Notes: generated by a model not told the origin, from the sequence alone. Shown: positions 21,184 through 30,229, counted from the first letter of the stretch. The stretch: 61,804 nucleotides of DNA from Patescibacteria group bacterium (GCA_026417895.1 JAOACJ010000003.1:1-61804), one strand, 5' to 3'. Translations and numbers: made by a program.

Positions 21184-21780
21184 TTATTTTCTTCTCGCCA
21201 CTATTTCCACAATGTAATGAAAATGAGAAATTGGTTTTTTGTCTTTGATTTTTCTTTCTTGATAAAATAATATCTCAAATCCTGTTTGGAAATATTTCTT
21301 CAACTCATTTTTTTTGAAAAAATGCCACCAGTGAGGTGGTTTTTTACTCCAAAAAGTATTTTCTTCTATTGGTTGATGTTTCTTTTTAAATTTTTTAAAA
21401 GAAGAATCTTTAACTGTAAAGGCAGAAATAATAAATATACCATTTTTAATTAAACTATTTTTAATTTTTTCAATTATTTTCTGAAATTCTGATTTTTTAA
21501 TAAAATTTAAAGATTGTCTGGCTAAAATCAAGGAGTATTTATTTGGAATAAATTTAAATTTTTTAAAATCAAGACATTTTGCTTTGATCGACAGTTTATT
21601 TTTCTGGATAATTCTTTTTATTTCGCTGATAGAATTTTTATCAATATCAATCGCCTCAACTCCAAAACCATTTTTTGCTAAGAAAAAACTATCTCCTCCT
21701 CGACCTGCCCCCAGATCTAAAGTAAAGCCTTTAGGTATTTGATTAAGAAATTTTAATATTAAATAATAAGGTTTAATCAT
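21184..21780 (-). CDS. Class I SAM-dependent methyltransferase (TehB-like)
   Basis: LDLGAGRGGDSFFLAKNGF.V.AID; start placed at ATG 21780. Confidence 0.85.
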   Translation of the reverse strand: MIKPYYLILKFLNQIPKGFTLDLGAGRGGDSFFLAKNGFGVEAIDIDKNSISEIKRIIQKNKLSIKAKCLDFKKFKFIPNKYSLILARQSLNFIKKSEFQKIIEKIKNSLIKNGIFIISAFTVKDSSFKKFKKKHQPIEENTFWSKKPPHWWHFFKKNELKKYFQTGFEILFYQERKIKDKKPISHFHYIVEIVARRK

Positions 21781-21806
21781 TTTCGAATTTTTAAAAATTT
21801 TATTTT

Positions 21807-23669
21807 TTATTCCACTACCCCCCTGCCTTTTGCCCAATCATCAAATTCTAAATTAGTGTCAAGAGGGTTGGCTTCTGTATAAATTTTTGCCCCAGTAAAA
21901 GCATCTTCGGCTTGGAAGGTCGTTTTTTCTAATAAGGTCAAAATTTTGCCTCGATCATCTTCATTTGGCGTTAAACCAATTTTAAAACTTGCCTCTAAAA
22001 AAGAATATGGTCCGCCGGCGTATGATGGAATCGAATCAATCTGCCAGATAATTTTTCTAGAAAAATTATCAAAAGAAAGATAGCCAACAGAGACCCTTTC
22101 TTCATTTAACCAATTAACTTTAGAAGGTAAAATGGTTTCAATCTTGATGTTTTTAATTTCATTTGTTGTATTAACTGGTCGTAAAAAAATAAAATAAGCA
22201 GTGGTTTCGCCGACGCGAGGCGGCAGCGGGCCACTCCCAATTTTTAAACCTTCATCGCTAAAATATCTTGCTTCGGTTTCGATTTTAACCCGACTGTTAA
22301 TTTTTAATTTAATTTTATTGGCTTCGGTCTGAAACACGATGGTTTGTCGCCGGAATAAATTGGCTTCACTGACAAAAGAGACGTCAAGATAGGGATTAAT
22401 TGGTTTATTTTTAGAAACCTCTTCATAAGATTTAAGCTTTAAAGAAAAAATTATTTCTCCCTCTTGGCCGGCCTCAATGCCTTCTAGGTCTTTAATTTGG
22501 CTTTTATCCCAGATTAGACATTTTTTTTCCCCTTGTTCAATTTTCCATTGATTACTGTCAATTTTTTTCTCAGCTGATTGCCAGGTCCAAAAAAGAGAAG
22601 AAAGTTTCTCAAGGTTTAAAAGTTCGACTTGATTAAAACAAAGTTTAAAAAGAGGGTCAAAAAACTTTTCTTCGCTGATATTTCTATAACTTAAATTAAA
22701 AGCAACCATCTCACCAAAATTAGCGCTCTGCTCTTCGTTAAAGGTTTGATTAATCCTTAACCCAGTGACGAAGCCTGGTTGAATGACTTTTAGAATAAAT
22801 TCTTTTTCTTTTTGGAGATAATTTTTCCCGGCCTGAACAAGAATAATGATAACTCTAAATTTCCTCTCTTCTTCTTGTTGACGAGAAAAAAATCCCTTGA
22901 AGTCAAATTTTTTTTCTTCCCCTACTTCAAAAGTTGCCAACCACCATTTTTCTTTATTCTCTGAGATAGAGATCTCTGGCTCAGAAAAAGAAAGAGAAAA
23001 ATCTTCTGGAGAGATAAGAATAATTTTTGTCTCAACTTTTTCCTGGCCGTTATTTTTAATAGTCAATCTAAATTCACCCTCCTCGCCTCTCATCAACTCG
23101 GTTGGATTAAAAATTTCCCAATCAAAAGGATAAGCTGTTAAAATAAATTCGCTTGAAGTTTCTTTTTTAAACCAAGAAGAAAAATTTGCTAACTGAAAAG
23201 TTAAAGTAGAAGAAAAAATTTTCTTCTCGCCTGGCTGGCCGAATATTTTCCCTTCGATTTTTATTTCTTTTTGTTCATTTTTTTTTATTTTTTCAAGATT
23301 AATCAAGCAACCGATCGGTAAAGTTTCATGACAAAGGGGTTCAATATTTTTTAAAAAAAAGTCTTCTTGCGGAAAATTAATCATCAATTCGGCATTAATT
23401 AAATCAGAATTTTCATAATTTTTAATCATAACTGACCAATGAAAATTTTGACCAATAACCACTGTTTCTGGTCTTTCAATTCTTAAGTCAACACTTTTCT
23501 CTTTTTGAGAAAGTTGAAAGCGGGAAATAAAAAAATAAACCAGAATGCTAAAGAAAATGATTGTCAAAACAAAAAAAGAAATAAGAAAAAATTGCCTTTT
23601 TGATTTTTGACTTTCTGGTTGAAAATTTTTTCTAAAATAAGAAAATCTGTTCAGGCTGTCAACATTCAT
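21807..23669 (-). CDS. Membrane-anchored beta-sandwich/Ig-like surface protein, function unknown
   Basis: Single N-terminal TM, repeated beta-rich modules, C-terminal GPLPPRVGETT.Y motif of a kind seen in CPR proteins. Confidence 0.7.
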   Translation of the reverse strand: MNVDSLNRFSYFRKNFQPESQKSKRQFFLISFFVLTIIFFSILVYFFISRFQLSQKEKSVDLRIERPETVVIGQNFHWSVMIKNYENSDLINAELMINFPQEDFFLKNIEPLCHETLPIGCLINLEKIKKNEQKEIKIEGKIFGQPGEKKIFSSTLTFQLANFSSWFKKETSSEFILTAYPFDWEIFNPTELMRGEEGEFRLTIKNNGQEKVETKIILISPEDFSLSFSEPEISISENKEKWWLATFEVGEEKKFDFKGFFSRQQEEERKFRVIIILVQAGKNYLQKEKEFILKVIQPGFVTGLRINQTFNEEQSANFGEMVAFNLSYRNISEEKFFDPLFKLCFNQVELLNLEKLSSLFWTWQSAEKKIDSNQWKIEQGEKKCLIWDKSQIKDLEGIEAGQEGEIIFSLKLKSYEEVSKNKPINPYLDVSFVSEANLFRRQTIVFQTEANKIKLKINSRVKIETEARYFSDEGLKIGSGPLPPRVGETTAYFIFLRPVNTTNEIKNIKIETILPSKVNWLNEERVSVGYLSFDNFSRKIIWQIDSIPSYAGGPYSFLEASFKIGLTPNEDDRGKILTLLEKTTFQAEDAFTGAKIYTEANPLDTNLEFDDWAKGRGVVE

Positions 23670-23743
23670 AAACGAGACTTACAAAACTAACGCAAGTTGA
23701 AAAATAAAGATTTAATTTCTATTCTAATTATAAGCTAGAAATT

Positions 23744-24253
23744 TTATCTCTTCTTTTCAAAATTTTCTATGGCTCTAACCACTTCTGAATCGGATTTTAA
23801 ATCTTCAACGAAAATAATATGTTCTTTATTAATTCGCATCTCGTCTTCGGGACCGTGTGGCTCCTGGCCCAATTTAACGATCGAGAGTTGAGGCGAACCA
23901 TCTTGCCCCTCTGACTGTTTTTGAGCAAACTGAAGATAATAAACTTTTTTCAAAACTAAAACATCTTTTGTTTCTTTAGCGATCAAACCGAAATAAGCCT
24001 GACCGTTTGACAAAAAAACCGCCTGCCAGCTATTTTTTTTACCTCTTAAGCCGGAAAAAACAGAAGAATTTTCCAAAATCAAGACTCCTAATAAAATAAC
24101 TAAAATCAGCAGAATGAAGAGTTTAAAGATTTTAAATGGTTGAAGCTTCTCTTTAAAGACAGAAATTTTTTTTAATTTTTCCAGAAAGCCCGATGATACC
24201 TCATTCTCTAAATGAGAAATTTTTGATTCTTGATAATTTTCTTTTTCAATCAT
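23744..24253 (-). CDS. Conserved hypothetical membrane-anchored protein
   Basis: One TM, then WQAVFLSNGQAYFG...VYYLQ...KLG.E.HGPED.M.IN, a pattern recognised from CPR genomes. Confidence 0.75.
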   Translation of the reverse strand: MIEKENYQESKISHLENEVSSGFLEKLKKISVFKEKLQPFKIFKLFILLILVILLGVLILENSSVFSGLRGKKNSWQAVFLSNGQAYFGLIAKETKDVLVLKKVYYLQFAQKQSEGQDGSPQLSIVKLGQEPHGPEDEMRINKEHIIFVEDLKSDSEVVRAIENFEKKR

Positions 24254-24264
24254 AAAATTAATGG

Positions 24265-25455
24265 TTATTTATTGAAAGAAATTAAACTTTGATAGGTTTT
24301 CAGTGTTTCTTCAGCAGTCCTTTCCCATCGATATTCTTGTGCCTTTAAGAAAGCTCTCTTTCTCAACCTCTGCTGTTTTTCCTCATCAACTAATAAATCA
24401 ATTAATGCTTGAGTAATTTCAGAAATACGGTAAGGATTAACAAAAACAGCATTGCCTTCACCAACAATTTCTGGTAGTGAGGAGAGTTGGCTGGTAATAA
24501 CCGGCACCCCTTTAGCCATTGCTTCAATAACTGGTAGGCCAAAACCTTCATAAAGAGACGGAAAAATAAAAACTTTTGCCCCTTCCAATAAAGCATTTAC
24601 ATCTTCGGCTGGAATATAACCGGTCAGAATAATATCTTTTTTATAGAGAGATTTTTTAACCTTAGATTTTATCTTACTCTTAGCTGAACCGGCCTTGCCA
24701 ATGAGAACTAATTGAATATCTTGAAAATTTGGGGGGAATTTTCCTGGTGTCTTTTTAACCTTTTCCTTAAAAGACTCGAAAGAAGAAATAAGACGACAGA
24801 TATTTTTCCTCGTCTCAAGGGGTGAAAGAAAAAGAAAGTAATCATTTTTGATCTTATACTTCTCTTTTGCTTTCTGAACAGCTTCTTGTCCTAATTTCTG
24901 GAAAAATCTCTGATCAAGTCCGTGATAAATAACATTAATTTTTTCTGAAGGAATTTTTAAAATTTCTTCTAAATCTCTCTTTGTCGAGTGTGAAACGGTA
25001 ATAATTTTTTCGACGCGAGGAAGAAACGACAAAAGCTCTTTTTCTTTTTTTTCAACATCTTTTTTAGAAAATAAATTTGGCAGTCTCAAAAAAGCAAGGT
25101 CATGGACAGTAACAACTGTTTTAATATCCAATTTTTGGGGTGAATGTGGAACGGTTGGAAGATGAAAAAGGTCAAGTCGTTCTTTTTTTAAAATTGCCTC
25201 AAAAAGATAAAGAGAGATTGGTTTAATGATATATTTTTTGTAAAGAAAAAAGGGATAAAAAACAAATTTTACATTCTTTTGGCTAAATTTTTTTATTTTT
25301 TTCTTTTTAATCCGATGGTCAAAAAATAAAACATATTCGTTTTGCTGATCAATTTTTAAAAGGTGTCTTAATAATTGATAAACATAGTGTCCAACGCCAC
25401 CCGCCTCTCCTTTTTCTGGATTTAAAATTGTGCGACAATCAATACCGATTCTCAT
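24265..25455 (-). CDS. Glycosyltransferase family 4 (GT-B)
   Basis: MRIGID, GVG.Y, TVHDL, ETRKN, FPSLYEGFGLPVIEAMA.GVPVITS. Confidence 0.93.
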   Translation of the reverse strand: MRIGIDCRTILNPEKGEAGGVGHYVYQLLRHLLKIDQQNEYVLFFDHRIKKKKIKKFSQKNVKFVFYPFFLYKKYIIKPISLYLFEAILKKERLDLFHLPTVPHSPQKLDIKTVVTVHDLAFLRLPNLFSKKDVEKKEKELLSFLPRVEKIITVSHSTKRDLEEILKIPSEKINVIYHGLDQRFFQKLGQEAVQKAKEKYKIKNDYFLFLSPLETRKNICRLISSFESFKEKVKKTPGKFPPNFQDIQLVLIGKAGSAKSKIKSKVKKSLYKKDIILTGYIPAEDVNALLEGAKVFIFPSLYEGFGLPVIEAMAKGVPVITSQLSSLPEIVGEGNAVFVNPYRISEITQALIDLLVDEEKQQRLRKRAFLKAQEYRWERTAEETLKTYQSLISFNK

Positions 25456-25556
25456 AAAATGATTTTTATAAGAGATTTTTATTTATTATACTACTTCCGC
25501 AAAAAGGGGGAAATGATATAATTGTGGAAAACAGCTTTTTTGATGATGTCTTGTTT

Positions 25557-26012
25557 ATGAAATTAATTACTATCAATAAAAAAGCATATCATAATTATGA
25601 AATCTTGGAAACCTATGAAGCAGGTATTGTTCTAACCGGTCCAGAGGTGAAATCGGTTAAAGCCGGGAAAATTGATCTGACAGGTAGTTATGTTACCCTT
25701 GACAAAAGCAGTATTCCTTGGTTAACTAATCTTAACATTGCTCCTTATCCACCAGCCAAAGGTGATCAAGAAAATTATCAACCATCGAGACCACGAAAAT
25801 TACTCCTTAAGAAAAAAGAGATTGCCTCTTTGATTGGTAAGACAAAAATGAAGGGCTTGACAATAATACCTTTAAAAGTGTATAATAAACATGGTTTTAT
25901 TAAAATTGAAATTGGTTTAGGGCGAGGTAAGAAAAAGTTCGACAAGCGAGAGGAGATAAAGAAAAGAGAATTGGAAAGAAAAATTAAAGAAGAATTAAAA
26001 TATAAAATCTAA
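25557..26012 (+). CDS. smpB: SsrA-binding protein
   Basis: NKKAYHNYEILETYEAGIVLTG.EVKS, RKLLL.K.EI, G.GKK..DKRE. The track's GTG 25524 lies upstream of the likely start site of the TG-A-TATAAT promoter (25517-25522). Confidence 0.97.
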   Translation: MKLITINKKAYHNYEILETYEAGIVLTGPEVKSVKAGKIDLTGSYVTLDKSSIPWLTNLNIAPYPPAKGDQENYQPSRPRKLLLKKKEIASLIGKTKMKGLTIIPLKVYNKHGFIKIEIGLGRGKKKFDKREEIKKRELERKIKEELKYKI

Positions 26013-26025
26013 AGAAAGTAATGAC

Positions 26026-26401
26026 GGGGATGTAATAAAATCGAAAGGAAAGGAAACTGTAGAATGGCTTTCCGGTTGAGAGCGCCGAGAATGTTCTCGT
26101 CAATTATAGATGCCAATCAATATGCTTATGCGGTTGCTTAAAAATTAAGTAACCGACTTTGATCTAAAATTTCTGCTATTAGGTCAAAGTATTAAATCAA
26201 GTTCCGCTAAAAATAAAGAGCGGAGCAAGCAGAATTGGACATTTTGACTGTCTGAGTCAAAATGTCGACAAGAATCAGACTAGGTTTCGGAAGGTTTTGT
26301 CTGGTTTTCACTTCCGAACTAAAGAGATAACCAGACTATGAAAGTAGAAGTTCTCAGTTTTCTTCTCCTTGACGTGGGTGAGAAGCCCGCCATCTCCACC
26401 A
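26026..26401 (+). ncRNA. ssrA: tmRNA
   Basis: Acceptor GGGGATG/CATCTCC with G3.U70 and ACCA; resume context TATAGAT|GCC; tag ANQYAYAVA* at 26112-26141; adjacent to smpB. Confidence 0.93.
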
Positions 26402-26468
26402 CATATTTTGTTAAAATAATTTAAAAATATTTTTTAATTTTTTATTTGTATTTTTAATTTTACTTGTA

Positions 26469-26960
26469 GTGAAGTATTATCGTCTAAACAACCAAATTAC
26501 GGCACCGAAAGTACGCCTCATCGACGAGGAAGGTAAACATTTAGGTGTTTTTAGTATCGAAGAGGCGCGGCGTTTATCTCAACAAAAAAATCTTGATTTA
26601 GTAGAAATTTCACCAAAAGAAACGCCGCCAGTTGTTAGAATTGTTGACTTTGGTAAGTTCCTTTATGAAACAAAGAAAAAAGAAAGAAGTATCAAAAAGA
26701 GAAAACAGGAAATTAAAGGATTAAGACTTTCTTTAAGAGTAGGCAGACATGACTTAGAGGTAAAGAAAAAGCAGGTTTTGAAATTTTTAGAGGCTGGTCA
26801 AAGGGTAAAAATTGAACTGGTTTTAAGGGGCCGAGAAAAGACTCATTTTGATTTGGCCAAAAAAATTATTGATGAATTTATTAAAGGTTTAGGAGAAATT
26901 AAAATTGAACAACCGCTTGTTAGACAAGGTGACCGATTGACCGTTCTTATTTCTCGCTAA
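26469..26960 (+). CDS. infC: Translation initiation factor IF-3
   Basis: RLNNQI.A..VRLI, DLVEISP...PPV.RIVDFGKFLYE, LRGRE; GTG start. Confidence 0.96.
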   Translation: MKYYRLNNQITAPKVRLIDEEGKHLGVFSIEEARRLSQQKNLDLVEISPKETPPVVRIVDFGKFLYETKKKERSIKKRKQEIKGLRLSLRVGRHDLEVKKKQVLKFLEAGQRVKIELVLRGREKTHFDLAKKIIDEFIKGLGEIKIEQPLVRQGDRLTVLISR

Positions 26961-27038
26961 TTTTCAATAAAATTTACCATTAATTTTACAAATGTATTTG
27001 CAGAAATTCTTCTCTGCTATTCATACTTATCACGACAT

Positions 27039-27227
27039 ATGAAAACTTATCAATCAATCGCTAAAAGATTTAAATTAACTAAAAGGGGTAAAATTGTCCA
27101 TAAAAGTACTGGCCTTGATCATTTTCGAACAAAAAAAAGAGGAAAATATATCTTAGTTAAAAGAAAAAGAAAAAAAATTTCACCAGTTTATAAAAAAACT
27201 ATTTTAAAGATCATGAAAATGAAATAG
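27039..27227 (+). CDS. rpmI: 50S ribosomal protein L35
   Basis: MKT.QS.AKRFKLTK.GK and H...KK; lies between infC and rplT. Confidence 0.92.
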   Translation: MKTYQSIAKRFKLTKRGKIVHKSTGLDHFRTKKRGKYILVKRKRKKISPVYKKTILKIMKMK

Positions 27228-27316
27228 TGCGAAAGGGTTGGTTATCGGTTTTTTTACCTTACTCTTATTTTTAATAAAATTAATTAATAGATAAAACTTA
27301 ACCAAAGATTATAAAC

Positions 27317-27664
27317 ATGGCGAGGGTTAAACGAGGAAAAAGTCATCTTAAAAAAAGAAAAAGACTCTTAAAAAGAGTTAAGGGTTATCGTTGGGGAAGA
27401 AAAAGGTTGATTAAATTAGCTAAAGTGGCTGCTCTAAAAGCAGGTGTTTATGCCTATCGTGATCGAAAAAGAAAAAAAAGAGAATTTAGAAAACTCTGGC
27501 AGATCAAAATCAATGCCGCTTGTCGAGAATTGGGTTTAACCTACTCTAAATTTATTGCTTTACTTAAAAAGGCAAAAATTGAATTGGATAGAAAAATTTT
27601 GGCTCAACTAGCTGAATTTTATCCGGAAATTTTTAAAAAGATTGTTGAAGAAATAAAAAAATAA
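27317..27664 (+). CDS. rplT: 50S ribosomal protein L20
   Basis: MARVKRG, AYRDRKRKKREFRKLWQIKINAA, LDRKILAQLA. Confidence 0.98.
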   Translation: MARVKRGKSHLKKRKRLLKRVKGYRWGRKRLIKLAKVAALKAGVYAYRDRKRKKREFRKLWQIKINAACRELGLTYSKFIALLKKAKIELDRKILAQLAEFYPEIFKKIVEEIKK

Positions 27665-27673
27665 AAATTTTTT

Positions 27674-27749
27674 GGGCCCGTGGTGTAGTCAGGTTTAACA
27701 CGTCGCCCTGTCACGGCGAAGATCGCCGGTTCAAATCCGGTCGGGCCCG
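27674..27749 (+). tRNA. tRNA-Asp(GTC)
   Basis: Acceptor GGGCCCG/CGGGCCC, discriminator G, anticodon loop CT-GTC-AC, T-arm GGTTCAAATCC. Confidence 0.96.
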
Positions 27750-28523
27750 TTTTTTTATTGTCATCCAACCACCGAAAAAGACAGTGATAAAAATCAATAG
27801 ACTGATTATTTGTCCAAATCTTAAATCAAAAATTATCGGTTGTGGATCAATTCGTAAAAATTCAATAAAAAAGCGAAAGGTGGAATAAAAAAGAGCCAAG
27901 GAAATAAAAGTTGAACCACTGATTTGGCTTTTTTTTATTCTCAAAATTAAAAACAAAAAGACAAAAAGACAAAAAATTGACTCAATAAAAAATAAAGGCT
28001 GAAAAAAATCATAGCGCTCAAAACCAGGTAAACGATTCTCTAGACTAATCGGGATTCTCAAAAAAGAATCGGTTGGCAAACCATAGATTTCTTGGTTGAA
28101 ATAATTGCCCCAACGAATAATGGCGATACCTAAAGCAACGGCTGGCGAAAATAGATCAAGTAAAGTCCAAAGATTAAAATGATATTTTCGACTATAAAAA
28201 TATAAAAATAAAAAGCCAAAAATCATGGCGCCAAAAATTCCCAAGCCCCCTTGCCAGAAAAATAAAATTTCTAAAGGATTCTGCCAATAATAATTGATCT
28301 CTAAAATAACATGATACAAACGGGCGCCAATTAAACTAAAAATAAAAAGCCAAAAAATTAAATTAATTATTATTTCTTTTTTTATGCCCTTCTCTTCAGC
28401 TAATTTAAGAGTAAGAAAAAATCCTAACCAGAAAGCTAAAAAAATAAAAAAGCCATACCAGTAAATCGTCAATGACCCAATGCGCAAGAGAACAGGATTT
28501 GGTAAGTAAGAATGAAAAAACAT
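27711..28523 (-). CDS. lgt: Prolipoprotein diacylglyceryl transferase
   Basis: IYWYG, IGARLYHV, WQGGL.I.G, IRWGNYFNQEIYG.PT, RFFIEFLR.D, GQIIS. Confidence 0.95.
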   Translation of the reverse strand: MFFHSYLPNPVLLRIGSLTIYWYGFFIFLAFWLGFFLTLKLAEEKGIKKEIIINLIFWLFIFSLIGARLYHVILEINYYWQNPLEILFFWQGGLGIFGAMIFGFLFLYFYSRKYHFNLWTLLDLFSPAVALGIAIIRWGNYFNQEIYGLPTDSFLRIPISLENRLPGFERYDFFQPLFFIESIFCLFVFLFLILRIKKSQISGSTFISLALFYSTFRFFIEFLRIDPQPIIFDLRFGQIISLLIFITVFFGGWMTIKKRARPDLNRRSSP

Positions 28524-28557
28524 ATTTAAATTATATCACTTTCAAAAATAAAATCCC

Positions 28558-28671
28558 CATTCTTCTGCCTGCCAGCGTAAGGCCTACTTCGCACACGGCG
28601 AATCAACCTTAACTTTGGCTACTTCCTGGTAAGGAGGGCTCCCAGTTTCGCCACTGACAGGCAGAAGAATG
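28558..28671 (-). ncRNA. ffs: Probable SRP (4.5S-like) RNA with a degenerate or deleted apical helix-8 hairpin
   Basis: Long rod closed by a 14-bp perfect stem; a G.U pair favours the minus strand. The 3' half has GGAAGTAGCCAA...GTGTGC...GCTGGCAGG in the order of E. coli 4.5S RNA (recalled), but TTACCAGG joins AAGTAGCC directly. A promoter lies upstream. Confidence 0.6.
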
Positions 28672-28693
28672 AAGACAGTTTTTTATTATGAAA

Positions 28694-28755
28694 ATAATAG
28701 CAATTTTTAAAAATTTTGTCAAGGGTCTTGACAAAAAAATAAAAAATGTTATCTT
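28694..28755. promoter_or_regulatory. Back-to-back sigma70 promoters (SRP-like RNA on minus, secreted protein on plus)
   Basis: Minus TTGACA(28722-28717)-17-TATTAT with TG; plus TTGACA(28728-28733)-16-TATCTT with TG. The two -35 boxes form TTTGTCAAG-GGT-CTTGACAAA. Confidence 0.65.
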
Positions 28756-28763
28756 AAATTAAG

Positions 28764-30185
28764 ATGAAAAATAATCAAATTAAAAATTTTATTATTTTTG
28801 GTCTTTCTTTGGGCTGCTTTGTCCCCCTATTATTTTTTTTACCGAAAGCCGCTCAAGCCATCACCACTGCCACTTTAAGAATTGCTCACAATGACGGGGT
28901 CCAGTGTTATCTTAATAATCTTGAAGTTATTAACACCCTTAGCGAACCACAAACGCATCGTTATTGGAATAAAGAAATTAATGTAAAAAACTATCTTCAG
29001 AGTGGTCGCAATCTCTTAGCCTGTCGGGTCAGTAATGGTGATGGTAATCCAGGAACAGGTATTGGTTATTTTGATCTCGAATTGAAAGTTGATTCCCAGA
29101 CGATCATCGCTAGTCGAAGCGGTGATTGGAAATATTTTGGTCAAAGTGGTAAAACTACTCCACCATCGATTGATAGTTATGGCCGAACCTGGTTTCATCC
29201 TTATTATGACGACAGCTCTTGGCGTACTGGTTCAACTCCATTTGGTGGATGGGGAGCGTCAATCTTGGGTCAAGCTCCTGATGATGGTTGGTTTCGTAAA
29301 TCCTTTACTATTTCTTTTGACGAATCAATCTCACAAAATTGTCCTCGTTTTACCGATCGTCTAACTTGTCTTAATTATGGTTGCTGGTGGTATAATTCCG
29401 CCTGTTTCAATAACCCACCGCCCATCAATTGTGCTCAATTCAATAATGAAACAACGTGTTTCAACCGTGGTTGTTGGTGGCATGGCACAGAATGTTCTAA
29501 CAGCCCTCGGCCACCAGAAAAAATTGGTTTTAGTCCCTTTGGTTGTATTAGACCAACAATTCATCGTTTTGGTCAATATAAAGATCTCTCACGCGGCCCA
29601 TATCAAATTACCCTAGAAGATTATCAACCGTTAATTACTGGCCTAGTAAAATATGGAAATCGGGTTGAGATTTATGTTGATAATCAATCAATTGGCAAAG
29701 CAGTGGTCAAGGAAGGAGAGGATTCGGGCATTGCAAATTTTTATTTTAAACCAAAAGGAACAATTGTTCCATCTACGGATCAACTAAACTTTCATCGTTT
29801 AAAAATCGTAGCTGTCAATCCGCTTGACCAAAGTCTTTGTGCTAACGAGTTGGTGAGTTTTAGAATTAAACCGTATCCTGCTCCCATCATTCATCGTTTA
29901 GGAGAAATCCCTTATGTGATGCGAGCCAATAAATTAACGATTAAAACTAAAAATCCTTTAGTTACCGGTCTCGTTAAAAGCGGCTCGGTGGTCGAAGTTT
30001 TTGTTGATAATCAATCGGTTGGTCAAGCAAAAATTCAAAAGGGAAAAGAAATGGACAATTTTTATCTTACTCTTCCAACTTTGTCTTTAGGCCAACACAG
30101 CTTATACGCCATTGCTAAAAAGGCCGGTGCCGAATCAATTGTTTCAGCCCCTTCACAAATTTTTGAGTTTACGGTGAGAGAATAA
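28764..30185 (+). CDS. Secreted surface protein: jelly-roll/carbohydrate-binding-like module, two Cys-rich repeats, two Ig-like repeats
   Basis: Signal peptide ending AQA; DG..YLN..EV and G.N.LA; WKY...YDDSSW..G..PFG; 2 x C-x8-C-x3-GCWW-x4-C; 2 x P.IHR.G...TGLVK.G..VE..VDNQS.G. Confidence 0.8.
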   Translation: MKNNQIKNFIIFGLSLGCFVPLLFFLPKAAQAITTATLRIAHNDGVQCYLNNLEVINTLSEPQTHRYWNKEINVKNYLQSGRNLLACRVSNGDGNPGTGIGYFDLELKVDSQTIIASRSGDWKYFGQSGKTTPPSIDSYGRTWFHPYYDDSSWRTGSTPFGGWGASILGQAPDDGWFRKSFTISFDESISQNCPRFTDRLTCLNYGCWWYNSACFNNPPPINCAQFNNETTCFNRGCWWHGTECSNSPRPPEKIGFSPFGCIRPTIHRFGQYKDLSRGPYQITLEDYQPLITGLVKYGNRVEIYVDNQSIGKAVVKEGEDSGIANFYFKPKGTIVPSTDQLNFHRLKIVAVNPLDQSLCANELVSFRIKPYPAPIIHRLGEIPYVMRANKLTIKTKNPLVTGLVKSGSVVEVFVDNQSVGQAKIQKGKEMDNFYLTLPTLSLGQHSLYAIAKKAGAESIVSAPSQIFEFTVRE

Positions 30186-30229
30186 TTTTTTGAAAAATAA
30201 AAAGATGAATTGATTAATCATTTTTTATT

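Noticed and set aside
25523-25531. Functional DnaA box (TGTGGAAAA) at the smpB promoter
   Set aside because: A single relaxed-consensus match in AT-rich DNA; cannot be supported
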